Part shown: in pieces, positions 1 through 9,696 of the stretch | Numbering within the stretch: position 1 is the stretch's first letter | How the letters are laid out: every line of letters begins with the position of its first letter | DNA from: a virus | Taxonomy: Duplodnaviria > Caudoviricetes | Length of the DNA stretch: 64,000 bases | IMG/VR virus record: IMGVR_UViG_3300010883_026628 | Span: 2,064 to 66,063 of that record | Strand: one strand, 5' to 3' | The notes under the pieces: generated by a model | The model's input: the letters and a program-made list of their open reading frames with translations, nothing else | Database searches by the model: none | Told to the model about the DNA's origin: nothing | Translations under genes and position numbers: made by a program

Positions 1-10
1 CAAAAAATCA

Positions 11-469
11 ATGGACGAAGATAGCAGAACTGGGCGCCTGAGAGAGTACATTCAGCTTTATCTTAGGCGCAAGCAAAGGGTAAATGAATATGAACAACGC
101 AGAATACTCTTTCTTTCTGAGGAAAGCTTTATTAAATCTAGCGAGAGCAAGGCTAATAGCCGTAAAGCATACTCAAAAAGAAAAGTCGCTAAAAATAAGC
201 TCTATTATGATAGAAATAAAAAAAGAACTAAAATCACCACAGAAGAAATAGGACGAAGCCACCACACTATTCGACAAGAACCCCACCAATATGACGAAAT
301 ATTCACCGATGTTGCTATCGATTCATACGCAGTAGCAAATGGTCACTATGCTTCGGTTAGAACTCGGGATGGTGATCAAAAATTTTCAAAATTGTTTGTT
401 ACACCTGAAGAAGCTGATTTTTGGATTAGGAACACAGCTATGAAGTTGAGTAAAGTCATTACTCAATAA
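11..469 (+). CDS. Hypothetical basic protein
   Basis: 152-aa K/R-rich ORF whose 3' end overlaps the convergent protease gene; no recognised motif. Confidence 0.6.
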   Translation: MDEDSRTGRLREYIQLYLRRKQRVNEYEQRRILFLSEESFIKSSESKANSRKAYSKRKVAKNKLYYDRNKKRTKITTEEIGRSHHTIRQEPHQYDEIFTDVAIDSYAVANGHYASVRTRDGDQKFSKLFVTPEEADFWIRNTAMKLSKVITQ

Positions 470-1226
470 TCGATTTTATGTCTTGCTTTTGCAACTCCAC
501 AAATCTTTCCAGAATATCATGTAAATCTTTGTACCTTACCGATAATGAAATATGGGAAAACAAGACGTGTGTTCTTTGCACTATCCCAACAATCGTATTA
601 GAAGAATTGTAGATGGGCCCTCCGGATGCCCCCGCCGCGGCGGGAATGGTGTAAAAAGAAAATACCTTGCTATTACCTATATACTGTCCTTTTAGCACTG
701 GGACCATACCAGTGTCGAAGATTGACACAGGGGCGGAAATGCTATAGTACTCCGCGTTAAGCTGGGGTTTCACCCTAGATACTTTCGGAATACGCTTAAC
801 CGTTGGGTGTAACGCAGACACAATACATACATCATATTTTAGATTGACATATAAGATCTTTCCTTTTATCTTATGTCCAGTGTAGCTTTCTAGTAATAAT
901 TCTGTTTTGACCTTTGATCCATTTGGTATGCTACTCCAAATTTCATAAGCCGGTCCTAAGCATACATGACCTGCAGTCAAAAATGCCTTGTGGCCTTTAT
1001 AACTAAAAAATGTTCCAGATCCTAGAGCTGCTCGTTTCCCCCTTGAAGACAAAATGCACGCTTCAACCTTCGTTTTTGGATCTTGTTTACATTCATAAAG
1101 AATTAATTCTACTACGGTCCTAACTTGGGCGAAAGCTTTATTGTGAGGGTTTGTTTTGTTTACCGCTATAGCGCAGGATGATAATGATAGCAAGGAAGAA
1201 AAAACTAAAAATAATACTAAAAACAA
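459..1226 (-). CDS. Trypsin-like (S1) serine protease, probable lipoprotein/exported
   Basis: Catalytic motifs TAGHVC (His), YDVCIV (Asp) and GASGGP (Ser). Hydrophobic N-terminus ends in LSSC (lipobox-like). AAGGAG lies upstream on the - strand. Confidence 0.85.
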   Translation of the reverse strand: MFLVLFLVFSSLLSLSSCAIAVNKTNPHNKAFAQVRTVVELILYECKQDPKTKVEACILSSRGKRAALGSGTFFSYKGHKAFLTAGHVCLGPAYEIWSSIPNGSKVKTELLLESYTGHKIKGKILYVNLKYDVCIVSALHPTVKRIPKVSRVKPQLNAEYYSISAPVSIFDTGMVPVLKGQYIGNSKVFSFYTIPAAAGASGGPIYNSSNTIVGIVQRTHVLFSHISLSVRYKDLHDILERFVELQKQDIKSIIE

Positions 1227-1295
1227 CTTTTTGATTTCGCCCTCTCCTTTATAGTATATAAAATAACTATAGGCAAAAAGAAAGATCCTTAAAAT

Positions 1296-1448
1296 ATGGA
1301 GAAAAAATATATATGTTTGTTCGGCATGGATGATGTCTCAACACCGACAAGAGGTAAAGTGGAAAGTGGTAGGCTGGGAAGTCTTAATACGACTAGAAAA
1401 ATCTCAAACTTGGATATTATTGATCAATTAATTTCTCAACTGAACTGA
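1296..1448 (+). CDS. Possible small protein (50 aa, MEKKYICLFGMDD...)
   Basis: ATG at 1296 to TGA at 1448 fills the gap before the helicase. Below the ORF-track cutoff; no motif. Confidence 0.25.
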   Translation: MEKKYICLFGMDDVSTPTRGKVESGRLGSLNTTRKISNLDIIDQLISQLN

Positions 1449-1489
1449 TCGATAAAAACGTTTAAAATTAAACTAAACGGAGATCAATT

Positions 1490-3097
1490 ATGCTATCACT
1501 TTTCCCATATAAAAAAGCCAGAGAACAACAAACAATCGCCATGGCGTTTATAGATGATACATTCGTCTCAAGTAATAAAAAATTCTGTATTATTGAAGCT
1601 GGAACCGGGGTTGGAAAGAGTGCCCTAGGTGTATACGCATCAAACTTATTACAAAATAACAACACAGAAAAGCAACAAGGTAGCTACTTTTTAACTACTC
1701 AAAAAATTCTACAAGATCAATATGTAGAAGACTTTGCAGCTAATCAACAAATGTTGTCCCTAAAGTCATCATCCAATTATAGTTGTAAATATTATAAGGG
1801 ATCGACGTGCGGAGAAAGTCTAAGGTTGTTAAGATCAGAACCTAAAGATTCTCCCTTTTGGAGGTGTTGTGCGATTAATTGTAATTACAAAAAAGAAAAA
1901 GAAAGATTTATCCATGGTAAGAAAGGTGTCACAAATTTTTCATACTTTTTAGCAGAGACAGTATACGCTGGGAAACTTAAACCTAGAAATCTATTAGTGA
2001 TAGATGAGGCCCACAATACAGCTAACGAATTATCGAAGTTTATCGAAGTTACGATATCTGAGCGTTTTTGTAAGTCTCAAAATATAAATTTTCCAAGTGA
2101 ACTTACTCAAAGTCAAGCGTTCAAGTGGGTAAAGGAAACGTACCATCCCCATGTTAAGTCTAGACTCAAATATATGGAAGGTATTTTAGAAAAATATACA
2201 GGTCTTAAAGACAAGATTAAAGAAATGCAAAAAACTTCGAACAATTTTGATTTACTAGACAAGCATGTTTGTAAGGTCAAGAGGTTTATAGATCGCTATG
2301 AAAAAGACAATTGGATCTTTAATCTTATACCGGGTGAAGGTAGATCTTCTAGAAAGATAGAATTTAAACCTATTGATGTTTCCAAATACGCGCATGAGCA
2401 TCTTTTTGATAGGGCAGATAAGATTTTACTTATGAGTGCGACGATATTAGACAAAAGTGCGTTTTGTGAATTACTTGGTATAAAACCAGAAGAGTGCAAT
2501 TTTCTAAGCCTGGCTAGTCCATTTCCTACGAGTAATAGACCAACCATAACAGCGGGTATCGGTAAGATGTCTGCGCAGCATATCGACAATACCTTACCTA
2601 ACTTAGCCAAAGCAGTGGAGTCAATTATTGGTGAGCATAAAAATGAAAAAGGGATTATTCACTGCCACTCTTATAAAATAGCAAATTATCTTAAAAGAAG
2701 TATAAGAAAGGGCAAATCTAGATTAATATATCACACGTCCGAAAATAGAGACGAAGCTTTAGAGAGGCATAGAAAATCTGATAAGCCTACAATATTACTA
2801 TCTCCCTCTATGACTGAGGGTATTGATCTAAGGGATGATCTTAGCCGTTTCCAGGTTATTTGTAAGATACCCTATCCGTATTTAGGCGATAAATTAATTA
2901 GAAAAAAAATGAATAAATGGAAGTGGTGGTATCCTCTACAGACAGCTAAGACGATCATTCAGGCAATCGGTAGATCAGTCCGTTCAAAAGACGATTATGC
3001 AACTACCTATATCCTGGATGAAGACTGGGACCGATTTTATCGTATGAATAGACGTCTTTTTCCAGAGGACTTTCATGAGACCGTTAACAAAAATTGA
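1490..3097 (+). CDS. DinG/XPD(Rad3)-family SF2 helicase with probable Fe-S cluster
   Basis: Q motif (REQQ), Walker A EAGTGVGKS, DEAH box, SAT, EGIDL, KIPYP and QAIGRSVRSKDDY. Cys cluster C..C..CC..C lies between motifs Ia and II. GGAG RBS. Confidence 0.9.
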   Translation: MLSLFPYKKAREQQTIAMAFIDDTFVSSNKKFCIIEAGTGVGKSALGVYASNLLQNNNTEKQQGSYFLTTQKILQDQYVEDFAANQQMLSLKSSSNYSCKYYKGSTCGESLRLLRSEPKDSPFWRCCAINCNYKKEKERFIHGKKGVTNFSYFLAETVYAGKLKPRNLLVIDEAHNTANELSKFIEVTISERFCKSQNINFPSELTQSQAFKWVKETYHPHVKSRLKYMEGILEKYTGLKDKIKEMQKTSNNFDLLDKHVCKVKRFIDRYEKDNWIFNLIPGEGRSSRKIEFKPIDVSKYAHEHLFDRADKILLMSATILDKSAFCELLGIKPEECNFLSLASPFPTSNRPTITAGIGKMSAQHIDNTLPNLAKAVESIIGEHKNEKGIIHCHSYKIANYLKRSIRKGKSRLIYHTSENRDEALERHRKSDKPTILLSPSMTEGIDLRDDLSRFQVICKIPYPYLGDKLIRKKMNKWKWWYPLQTAKTIIQAIGRSVRSKDDYATTYILDEDWDRFYRMNRRLFPEDFHETVNKN

Positions 3098-3340
3098 TAA
3101 ATCATAGTAGAGTCTGTCCCTCCAATCTCAAGCGAAAAATTGATTGCATTTACTGCTAGAACGAAACAGAAGCCTAGAATAATAAAAAATTCGTATACCG
3201 GTATTCTAGAGCGCGCTGGGCTTAAATGGATAACGATTAACGAACTTAGGCTAAGCATATCTACTTTTTTAGCTGACATTATTAAGTAATTCGAAAATTA
3301 TATTTTCCTATTTTAACCTAAAATTTATATTTAAAAATGT

Positions 3341-4513
3341 ATGGCTACATTTAAAGAAAATAAAAACGTCTCTGACCGATCTGGATCAGATCGACAGAGA
3401 CATAAAGAAAAGATTGAAAAAGCGATAAAGGACGGGATCCATGATATTGTCGCGGATGAATCTATCATTGGACAAGATGGTAAGAAAAAGATCAAGATTC
3501 CTGTTAAAGGAATTAAAGAATACCGTTTTGTGTATGGGGATAATGAGGGTAAGAAGAACATAGGATCAGCCCAAGGAAAAGACATATTCAGAGGGCAAAA
3601 AGTGGGTCAAAAAGATAAGGGGTCCCCTGGGACCCCTAATCAGGCTGGAAAAGATAAGGGCGAAGAATTTTACGAAGTAGAAATTACTCTAGATGAACTA
3701 GCTGCTTATCTGTTTGATGATCTTAAGCTTCCCAATATGGAGAAGAAGAAATTCAAAAATATTGATAGTAATTCTTATAAGCGACATGGGTATCGAAACG
3801 AAGGTATTCGTCCTAGGCTGGATAAGAAAGAAACAATTAAGAAAAAAATAAAAAGAAAAAAGAAAGCTATAAAAAATAAAACCCATGATCCGGAAGAGGA
3901 TGAGCGGTTTGGTTTTCATCACGATGATCTAAGGTACCGCTTCATAAAAGAAAAAAAGAAACCGACATCAAATGCGGCTATCTTTTTTATTATGGACATA
4001 TCTGGATCTATGACGAAGGAAAAAAAATTTTTAGCAAGAAGTTTCTTCTTTCTGCTTTACCACTTTATTAGATCTAAATACGAAAATACAGAGCATTGCT
4101 TTATAGCTCATGATACTAAAGCTGCCGAAGTTACGGAAGATGATTTTTTCGGTAAGGGCTCAAATGGGGGTACACTTGCATCAACTGGATTAGATAAGTG
4201 TTTAGATATTATAGAAACGCGTTATCATCCTAGCACATGGAATGTATATGTGTTTCAATGCTCCGATGGTGATAATTGGCCCGAAGACAACGAAGCGGCC
4301 CTTATAAGCGCTAAAAAGCTTTCAGACTTAAGTCAGTTTTTTGGGTATTGTGAAATCGAACCGCGGGAAATTAGATCTAAATGGATTCAGATGTCTAGCC
4401 TTTCAGAGCTATTTATCCCTTTAATAAAAGATAGTTTCAAGATTGCAGAGATCAGAAATAAAGATGATATATGGTTAGCCTTTCAAAGATTTTTCGGAGG
4501 ATTTCGTGAGTAG
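3341..4513 (+). CDS. yeaH: YeaH/YhbH family (DUF444) vWA-domain protein
   Basis: N-terminal DRQRHKEKI..IKIPVKGIKEYRFVYG, DDLRYR, MIDAS-like MDISGSM, FIAHDT, GGTLAS and SDGDNW. Adjacent to spoVR and prkA. Confidence 0.9.
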   Translation: MATFKENKNVSDRSGSDRQRHKEKIEKAIKDGIHDIVADESIIGQDGKKKIKIPVKGIKEYRFVYGDNEGKKNIGSAQGKDIFRGQKVGQKDKGSPGTPNQAGKDKGEEFYEVEITLDELAAYLFDDLKLPNMEKKKFKNIDSNSYKRHGYRNEGIRPRLDKKETIKKKIKRKKKAIKNKTHDPEEDERFGFHHDDLRYRFIKEKKKPTSNAAIFFIMDISGSMTKEKKFLARSFFFLLYHFIRSKYENTEHCFIAHDTKAAEVTEDDFFGKGSNGGTLASTGLDKCLDIIETRYHPSTWNVYVFQCSDGDNWPEDNEAALISAKKLSDLSQFFGYCEIEPREIRSKWIQMSSLSELFIPLIKDSFKIAEIRNKDDIWLAFQRFFGGFRE

Positions 4514-5810
4514 CTGGAATATAAAAGATCTAGAAAAATGGGATAATAAGATTATCGAACTGGCTAAAACTCATAACTTAGATTGGTTTCCAATCGCTTA
4601 TGAAATTTGTGACTATTATACCATGATAGGCAATATGGCATACCATGGTATGCCCCTCCATTATAGACACTGGAGTTATGGTAAATCTTTTGAACGAACG
4701 CATCAGATGTACAATCTTGGAGCCGAAGGTTTACCCTATGAATTAATCATTAATAGTGATCCATCTATAGCATATCTAATGAGAGAGAACCCCTTCTATT
4801 TACAATTGTTAATAATGTGTCATTGCGTTGGACATTCAGATTTTTTTAAAAATAATTTAACCTTCGCAGACACTGGTCCTGAAAATATTATTCAGCGATT
4901 TAAGAACGCAAAAAAAAGAATTGATAGTTATATAGAGGATCCCAGTATAGGTATAGAGAAAGTAGAGCGTATATTAGACTCTGCGCATGCATTATCGATG
5001 CACGGGCCGCCCAACTGTAAAGAATATATACCACATAGAAAAAGAAGGAAAGATCTAATACAGAAGATAAAATCAGGTGATGAATCTGCTAAAGGTAAAA
5101 ATCCTGATGTCTTTCCCATAGGGGACGAAATCGATTTGCTAGGCTTTATTTCAGAGATGGCTTTGAACTTAGAAGATTGGGAAAGAGACATTATCGATAT
5201 TGTTAGACTCGAATCAGCATATTTTATGCCTCAAATTCGAACGAAGATTATGAATGAAGGGTGGGCTTGCTTTTGGCATTATAGATTAATGCATAAACTA
5301 GAGTTGCCCCAAAAGTTTCATATTCCATTCTTAAAAAGTCATAACCAAGTTGTTAGACCTCATATGGGAAGGATTAATCCTTATCACCTGGGCTTTTACC
5401 TCTTTAATAAAATAGAAGAAAGACACGGTTTGGAAGAGTGCTTTATAGCTAGAGAGGTTTGTCATGACGAATCATTCTTAAGACAGTACTTGACAAAAGA
5501 AGATTGTTATGAATTAAACTTATTCTCATATTCTTTGTATAAAAAAGACTATGTTATTAATGAAATTTCTGACGACGAGGGATGGAAAAATATTAAGTCT
5601 TCTTTGATAAAACAAATTGGATCAAACTCGATACCTAAGATAATCATTAAAGAGCTTAAACAAAATAACGTGTTAAGAATACATCATGAACATGATGGAA
5701 GAGATCTAGAGCTAAGTTACGCAGAGAAAGTAGTCGATTATATTACCACATTATGGGGCGGTGTTGTTCGGCTAGATACCATAATAGAACATGAGCCATT
5801 CGAGATTTAG
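4506..5810 (+). CDS. spoVR: SpoVR/YcgB family protein
   Basis: GMPLHYRHWSYGK, YELIINSDPSIAYLM, HCVGHSDFFKNN, YFMPQIRTKIMNEGWA, NPYHLG and LWGGVVRL. GTG start coupled to yeaH. Confidence 0.93.
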   Translation: MSSWNIKDLEKWDNKIIELAKTHNLDWFPIAYEICDYYTMIGNMAYHGMPLHYRHWSYGKSFERTHQMYNLGAEGLPYELIINSDPSIAYLMRENPFYLQLLIMCHCVGHSDFFKNNLTFADTGPENIIQRFKNAKKRIDSYIEDPSIGIEKVERILDSAHALSMHGPPNCKEYIPHRKRRKDLIQKIKSGDESAKGKNPDVFPIGDEIDLLGFISEMALNLEDWERDIIDIVRLESAYFMPQIRTKIMNEGWACFWHYRLMHKLELPQKFHIPFLKSHNQVVRPHMGRINPYHLGFYLFNKIEERHGLEECFIAREVCHDESFLRQYLTKEDCYELNLFSYSLYKKDYVINEISDDEGWKNIKSSLIKQIGSNSIPKIIIKELKQNNVLRIHHEHDGRDLELSYAEKVVDYITTLWGGVVRLDTIIEHEPFEI

Positions 5811-5818
5811 GAGATACC

Positions 5819-7747
5819 GTGAGTAAGAAAAATTTTTTGAAACTGATAGACGAGCAGAGAAATAAAGCGAAAAAAGAAAAGTTTAAGGGAAGCTTTATAG
5901 ATTTCTTAAAGATGGTAAAAGATACCCCTAAAATAGCTGACTCTGCTCATAAAAAGCTATATGACACATTATTCCAGCATGGCGTGTCTATAATCGAAGA
6001 TAGTGATCCTAGAAAGAATAAAATATTTGATGGTGATAATATAAAGATCTATGATTATTTTAAAGATGAATTTTTCGGAGCTGAGCAAGTCGTTTCAAAG
6101 ATTATGAGATTCTTAAAATCTGCGGCGGCTAGAGGTGAAGAGTCTAGACAGGTGCTTCTATTAATGGGGCCAGTGGGTGCAGGCAAGTCAGCCATAACAG
6201 AGCATGTCAAAAAATCTCTAGAAGGTGTTAGCTATTTCCATATAAAGGATGATCCACAAAAGGGGAATCCGTTGCAACTCATACCTCGAGGTATTAGAGG
6301 CGCTTTCGAAGAAGAACTAAATGTTAAAATAGAGGGAGATATTTCACCTCCAATTAGATTTAAGCTGCTAGAAGAGATGGATGGGAAATATGAAGATTTT
6401 GAAATTCTAGAAACAACATTTTCACAAAGAGGGCGACGTGGTGTTGCTTCGGTACCTCCTATGGACGCCAACTCACAAGATGTGTCTGTCTTGATTGGAT
6501 CAGAAGATATTTCAAAACTGGATTTATATTCAGAAGATGATCCTCGAGTTCTTTCGCTTAATGGCGCATTCAATATTGGAAATCGAGGGATAGTAGAGTT
6601 TATAGAACTTTTTAAAAATGAGATTGAATTTCTTCATACCATTATAACAGCTACTCAAGAGAAAAGAGTACCGGCACCGGGCAGACATGATATGATTCAT
6701 TTTGATGGAGTTATTATAGCGCACTGTAACGAAGCTGAATGGAATCGTTTTCAGAGTGAGCATACTAATGAAGCCATCCTTGACAGAGTTGTGAAGGTTA
6801 ATGTTCCCTATGTATTAGAGCTAGATCAGGAAATTAGAATATACGAAAAGCTTTTGTCTAGATCGAGCTTTGATAGTCATATTGCACCGCATACGCTCCG
6901 GATAGCGTCGATGTTTAGTGTACTATCTAGACTCAAGCCGTCGGGTAAATGTGATCTTTTAACAAAAATGAAAATATATAATGGGGAAGATGTTATAGAG
7001 AAAGGTAGGGTCAAGAAAATTGACATAAAAGACTTAAGGGAAGAATCACTACATGAGGGAATGTCTGGTATCTCCACTAGGTTTATTATGAAATCAATTG
7101 ACTGTGCCCTCTCGGATAGCGACAAGGGCTTTATAACACCAATCTCAATCATGGATACTATAGCCAAGAACTGTAAGGAACAAATTGTTGATGAAGCCTT
7201 TAAACAGGAGTGCTTAACAGTATTACAAGATGTGGTCAGAAAAGAATATCTTAGAATTCTAGAAAGTGAGATTGCGAAGGCTTTTGTGGCAGCGTACGAA
7301 GAGCAAGCTCAGTCTTTATTTGAGACCTATCTAGATAATGCAGAAGCATTTGCTATGAGATCAAAGATAAAAGACAGAATCACTAACGAAGAGATGGTAC
7401 CAGACGAAAAGTTTATGGCTACCATAGAAGAAGCTATTGGAATAGTCGGTTCATCTAAAGAAGGGTTTAGGGCAGATGTTACCGCATATATGTTTGCAAA
7501 AGTGCGGCGGGGCGGGACTGTAGATTATAGAAGTTATGAACCATTAAAAGAAGCTATTGAAAGTTATCTCATTAATAGTGTTAAAGACATGGCAAGAATT
7601 GTTACAAAATCCAAAACTAGAGATGATAAGCAGAAAAAAAAGTACAATAATATGATAAAAACAATGATTGATGATTATGGTTATACTGAGAGCTCTGCGG
7701 AAGAGATTCTAGTTTATGCAAGTAATAATCTTTGGAGGGATTCATGA
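5819..7747 (+). CDS. prkA: PrkA/YeaG family AAA+ ATPase / atypical Ser protein kinase
   Basis: EESRQVLLLMGPVGAGKS (Walker A), GNRGIVEFIELFK, TATQEK, NEAILDR, VPYVL, HIAPHTL, EGMSGISTRF and a C-terminal YGY...L.YAS. Confidence 0.93.
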   Translation: MSKKNFLKLIDEQRNKAKKEKFKGSFIDFLKMVKDTPKIADSAHKKLYDTLFQHGVSIIEDSDPRKNKIFDGDNIKIYDYFKDEFFGAEQVVSKIMRFLKSAAARGEESRQVLLLMGPVGAGKSAITEHVKKSLEGVSYFHIKDDPQKGNPLQLIPRGIRGAFEEELNVKIEGDISPPIRFKLLEEMDGKYEDFEILETTFSQRGRRGVASVPPMDANSQDVSVLIGSEDISKLDLYSEDDPRVLSLNGAFNIGNRGIVEFIELFKNEIEFLHTIITATQEKRVPAPGRHDMIHFDGVIIAHCNEAEWNRFQSEHTNEAILDRVVKVNVPYVLELDQEIRIYEKLLSRSSFDSHIAPHTLRIASMFSVLSRLKPSGKCDLLTKMKIYNGEDVIEKGRVKKIDIKDLREESLHEGMSGISTRFIMKSIDCALSDSDKGFITPISIMDTIAKNCKEQIVDEAFKQECLTVLQDVVRKEYLRILESEIAKAFVAAYEEQAQSLFETYLDNAEAFAMRSKIKDRITNEEMVPDEKFMATIEEAIGIVGSSKEGFRADVTAYMFAKVRRGGTVDYRSYEPLKEAIESYLINSVKDMARIVTKSKTRDDKQKKKYNNMIKTMIDDYGYTESSAEEILVYASNNLWRDS

Positions 7748-7989
7748 ATAATATAGGCGCTAGCGAAATCTTAGTTGTAGCAGCGGCAGTTATGTCATAC
7801 GCAAATTTGCACTTAGCGATTGTAACGCTAGCTTTAGGTGTCCTAGGTGCTGTCGTAAGATATTCTATCGCTCATAATGAAAAGCAAGAAAAAGCTAAAG
7901 AGATTGAAGGTGTAGCCGAGAATTTCACAAATCTTCTTTCCGGTTTAACAAGTGGAATTGGACCAAAAGACAAAAGTAATCTGCATTAA
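7744..7989 (+). CDS. Small membrane protein
   Basis: ATGA overlap with the prkA stop; two hydrophobic stretches followed by a charged tail. Confidence 0.65.
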   Translation: MNNIGASEILVVAAAVMSYANLHLAIVTLALGVLGAVVRYSIAHNEKQEKAKEIEGVAENFTNLLSGLTSGIGPKDKSNLH

Positions 7990-7992
7990 CGA

Positions 7993-9198
7993 ATGTTATC
8001 AACACCAACCCCCATAAACGCAGGTGAGATAGATCTTTTTTTTGAAGAGCTTAATGATTTTTGTCAACAGCAAAAATCAAAAGAAATGGTGTATTTTGGT
8101 ATTGAAGAAATTTGCAACATCGCGTTCGCGGAAACTTACAGATCTATAGTAGACTTTGAATTCACCAATAAACATATTAGAGATTTATTAGTTTGTCAAA
8201 TGGAGGCCCTTCAATCATATAGCCCTAATGCGGCAGTGTATCTTCCTTTTTTTATAAATGTGTTATCTAAAAAAACGATTAACTTAAATCACGACAAATT
8301 TATGAATGCTATTAATCCAGCAACGAATGAAGCGATTAATGATATAATATCATCACAATTCGAGCATTCTAGTATACTTCATCCGGAAGATTTTAAGTCA
8401 ATTTTTGAAGCCAACGGCTTTATGTCAAGTTTCTCTATCAAGAAATCTAACAGCTTTCATAATGCGTGTGTTTTTGATTCAGGACTAACTATAAATTGCA
8501 ACTTATATTCTGGTTTTTTTAAAAAAAATAAATCAACTATAGAATTTCAATATCCGCAAATTGTTATTTATGACGGATATATAAAAGATGTCTCTGAAAT
8601 TAATCTGATCTTACAGACTTCTCTTGAAAAAGATGTTCCTTTTTTGATTTTTGCCAAAGGCGCTAGTCATGATGTTTTGAATACATGCGCTGTTAATCTA
8701 GATCTAAAGAAGTGCAAAGTTTGTATCATAGATCCGGGACCTATTTTCTGGAAAGATCAAGCACAGCAGTTATACAATATATTAGAGATCTCTCCTTATG
8801 GAGATGTAACAGGTAGGCTATTAAATAACTTCAAGCTAGAAAGTAATTCTAATACAACAGTTTTAATAAAACAAAATGAAGTCTTTATTAAGGGAGATGC
8901 GTTTGATCTTAATAGCAATGCAAAGACAACATTTTTTTTAAATGATCAATCTTGGGCAAAGAGAGGTTTAATTTTTGATCAATTAAACTTTTTCGCTAGT
9001 ACTATGCAGCAAACAGCTACATGTGGTGTTATAAATAATCAATCATTTTATGACATAACGGGAATAACTATTAATGAAGTTACTGGTTTAAGTAATACGT
9101 TTCATCCAGCATTTTCTGTTATTAGAGCGTTAAAAGAAGCAGAAACTATTATTAATAAAATAGTTAATATTGGTTATTTCATAAGGCTCAAAAGATAA
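7993..9198 (+). CDS. Highly diverged GroEL/Cpn60-like protein (probably ATPase-dead)
   Basis: PQIVIYDGYIKDVSEINLILQ..DVPFLIFAKGASHDVLNTCAVN..KVCII matches the GroEL apical domain. The C-terminal HPAFSVIRALKEA..I resembles DPTKVTRSALQNA. No GDGTT motif. Confidence 0.6.
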   Translation: MLSTPTPINAGEIDLFFEELNDFCQQQKSKEMVYFGIEEICNIAFAETYRSIVDFEFTNKHIRDLLVCQMEALQSYSPNAAVYLPFFINVLSKKTINLNHDKFMNAINPATNEAINDIISSQFEHSSILHPEDFKSIFEANGFMSSFSIKKSNSFHNACVFDSGLTINCNLYSGFFKKNKSTIEFQYPQIVIYDGYIKDVSEINLILQTSLEKDVPFLIFAKGASHDVLNTCAVNLDLKKCKVCIIDPGPIFWKDQAQQLYNILEISPYGDVTGRLLNNFKLESNSNTTVLIKQNEVFIKGDAFDLNSNAKTTFFLNDQSWAKRGLIFDQLNFFASTMQQTATCGVINNQSFYDITGITINEVTGLSNTFHPAFSVIRALKEAETIINKIVNIGYFIRLKR

Positions 9199-9199
9199 A

Positions 9200-9661
9200 T
9201 TGAATATTAAATGGAAAAATTCTGTTGGCAATCAATTCGAAATATCAGAAATTATCGATTTAATAAAAGAATATCCATCATCTCAAATACACGTAGGGAC
9301 AGACTCACACTTTAAGTCAGGAAAACTAATTTTTGCCACAGTTATCGCTGTTTATGCCCCGGGAGAGTGTTCAAGATATTTTTTTAAGAGATATTTAGAA
9401 AATGGTAAATATAGAATAGGACTTTCATCTAGGCTCCTAAAAGAGGTGCAAGACTCTATTGAAACAGCAGCTACAGTCCAAGAGCTAATAAGTCCAAATA
9501 GAGAAATATTCGTTCATGCCGATATCAGCAGCGACGCTAAAAATAAGAGTAATATTGTATATGAACAAGCCAGACGGTGGATAATGGCTATGGGATTCGG
9601 TTGTAGAATGAAGCCAATCTCGTGGGCTTCATCATCTATCGCTGATTTACATGCAAAATAA
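9200..9661 (+). CDS. YkuK-family RNase H-like protein
   Basis: IHVGTDSH, FATVIAV, RLLKEVQDSIETA, VHADI and KP.SWASSSIAD. Confidence 0.8.
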   Translation: MNIKWKNSVGNQFEISEIIDLIKEYPSSQIHVGTDSHFKSGKLIFATVIAVYAPGECSRYFFKRYLENGKYRIGLSSRLLKEVQDSIETAATVQELISPNREIFVHADISSDAKNKSNIVYEQARRWIMAMGFGCRMKPISWASSSIADLHAK

Positions 9662-9696
9662 CATTCTTAAAATTTTTAAAATAGAGGTAGATAATA

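Noticed and set aside
3073-3279. 68-aa hydrophobic minus-strand ORF in the helicase-yeaH gap
   Set aside because: It could be real, since it fills a gap, but it has no RBS or motif and overlaps the helicase end. The + strand has an equally long start-less open frame. Not supportable.
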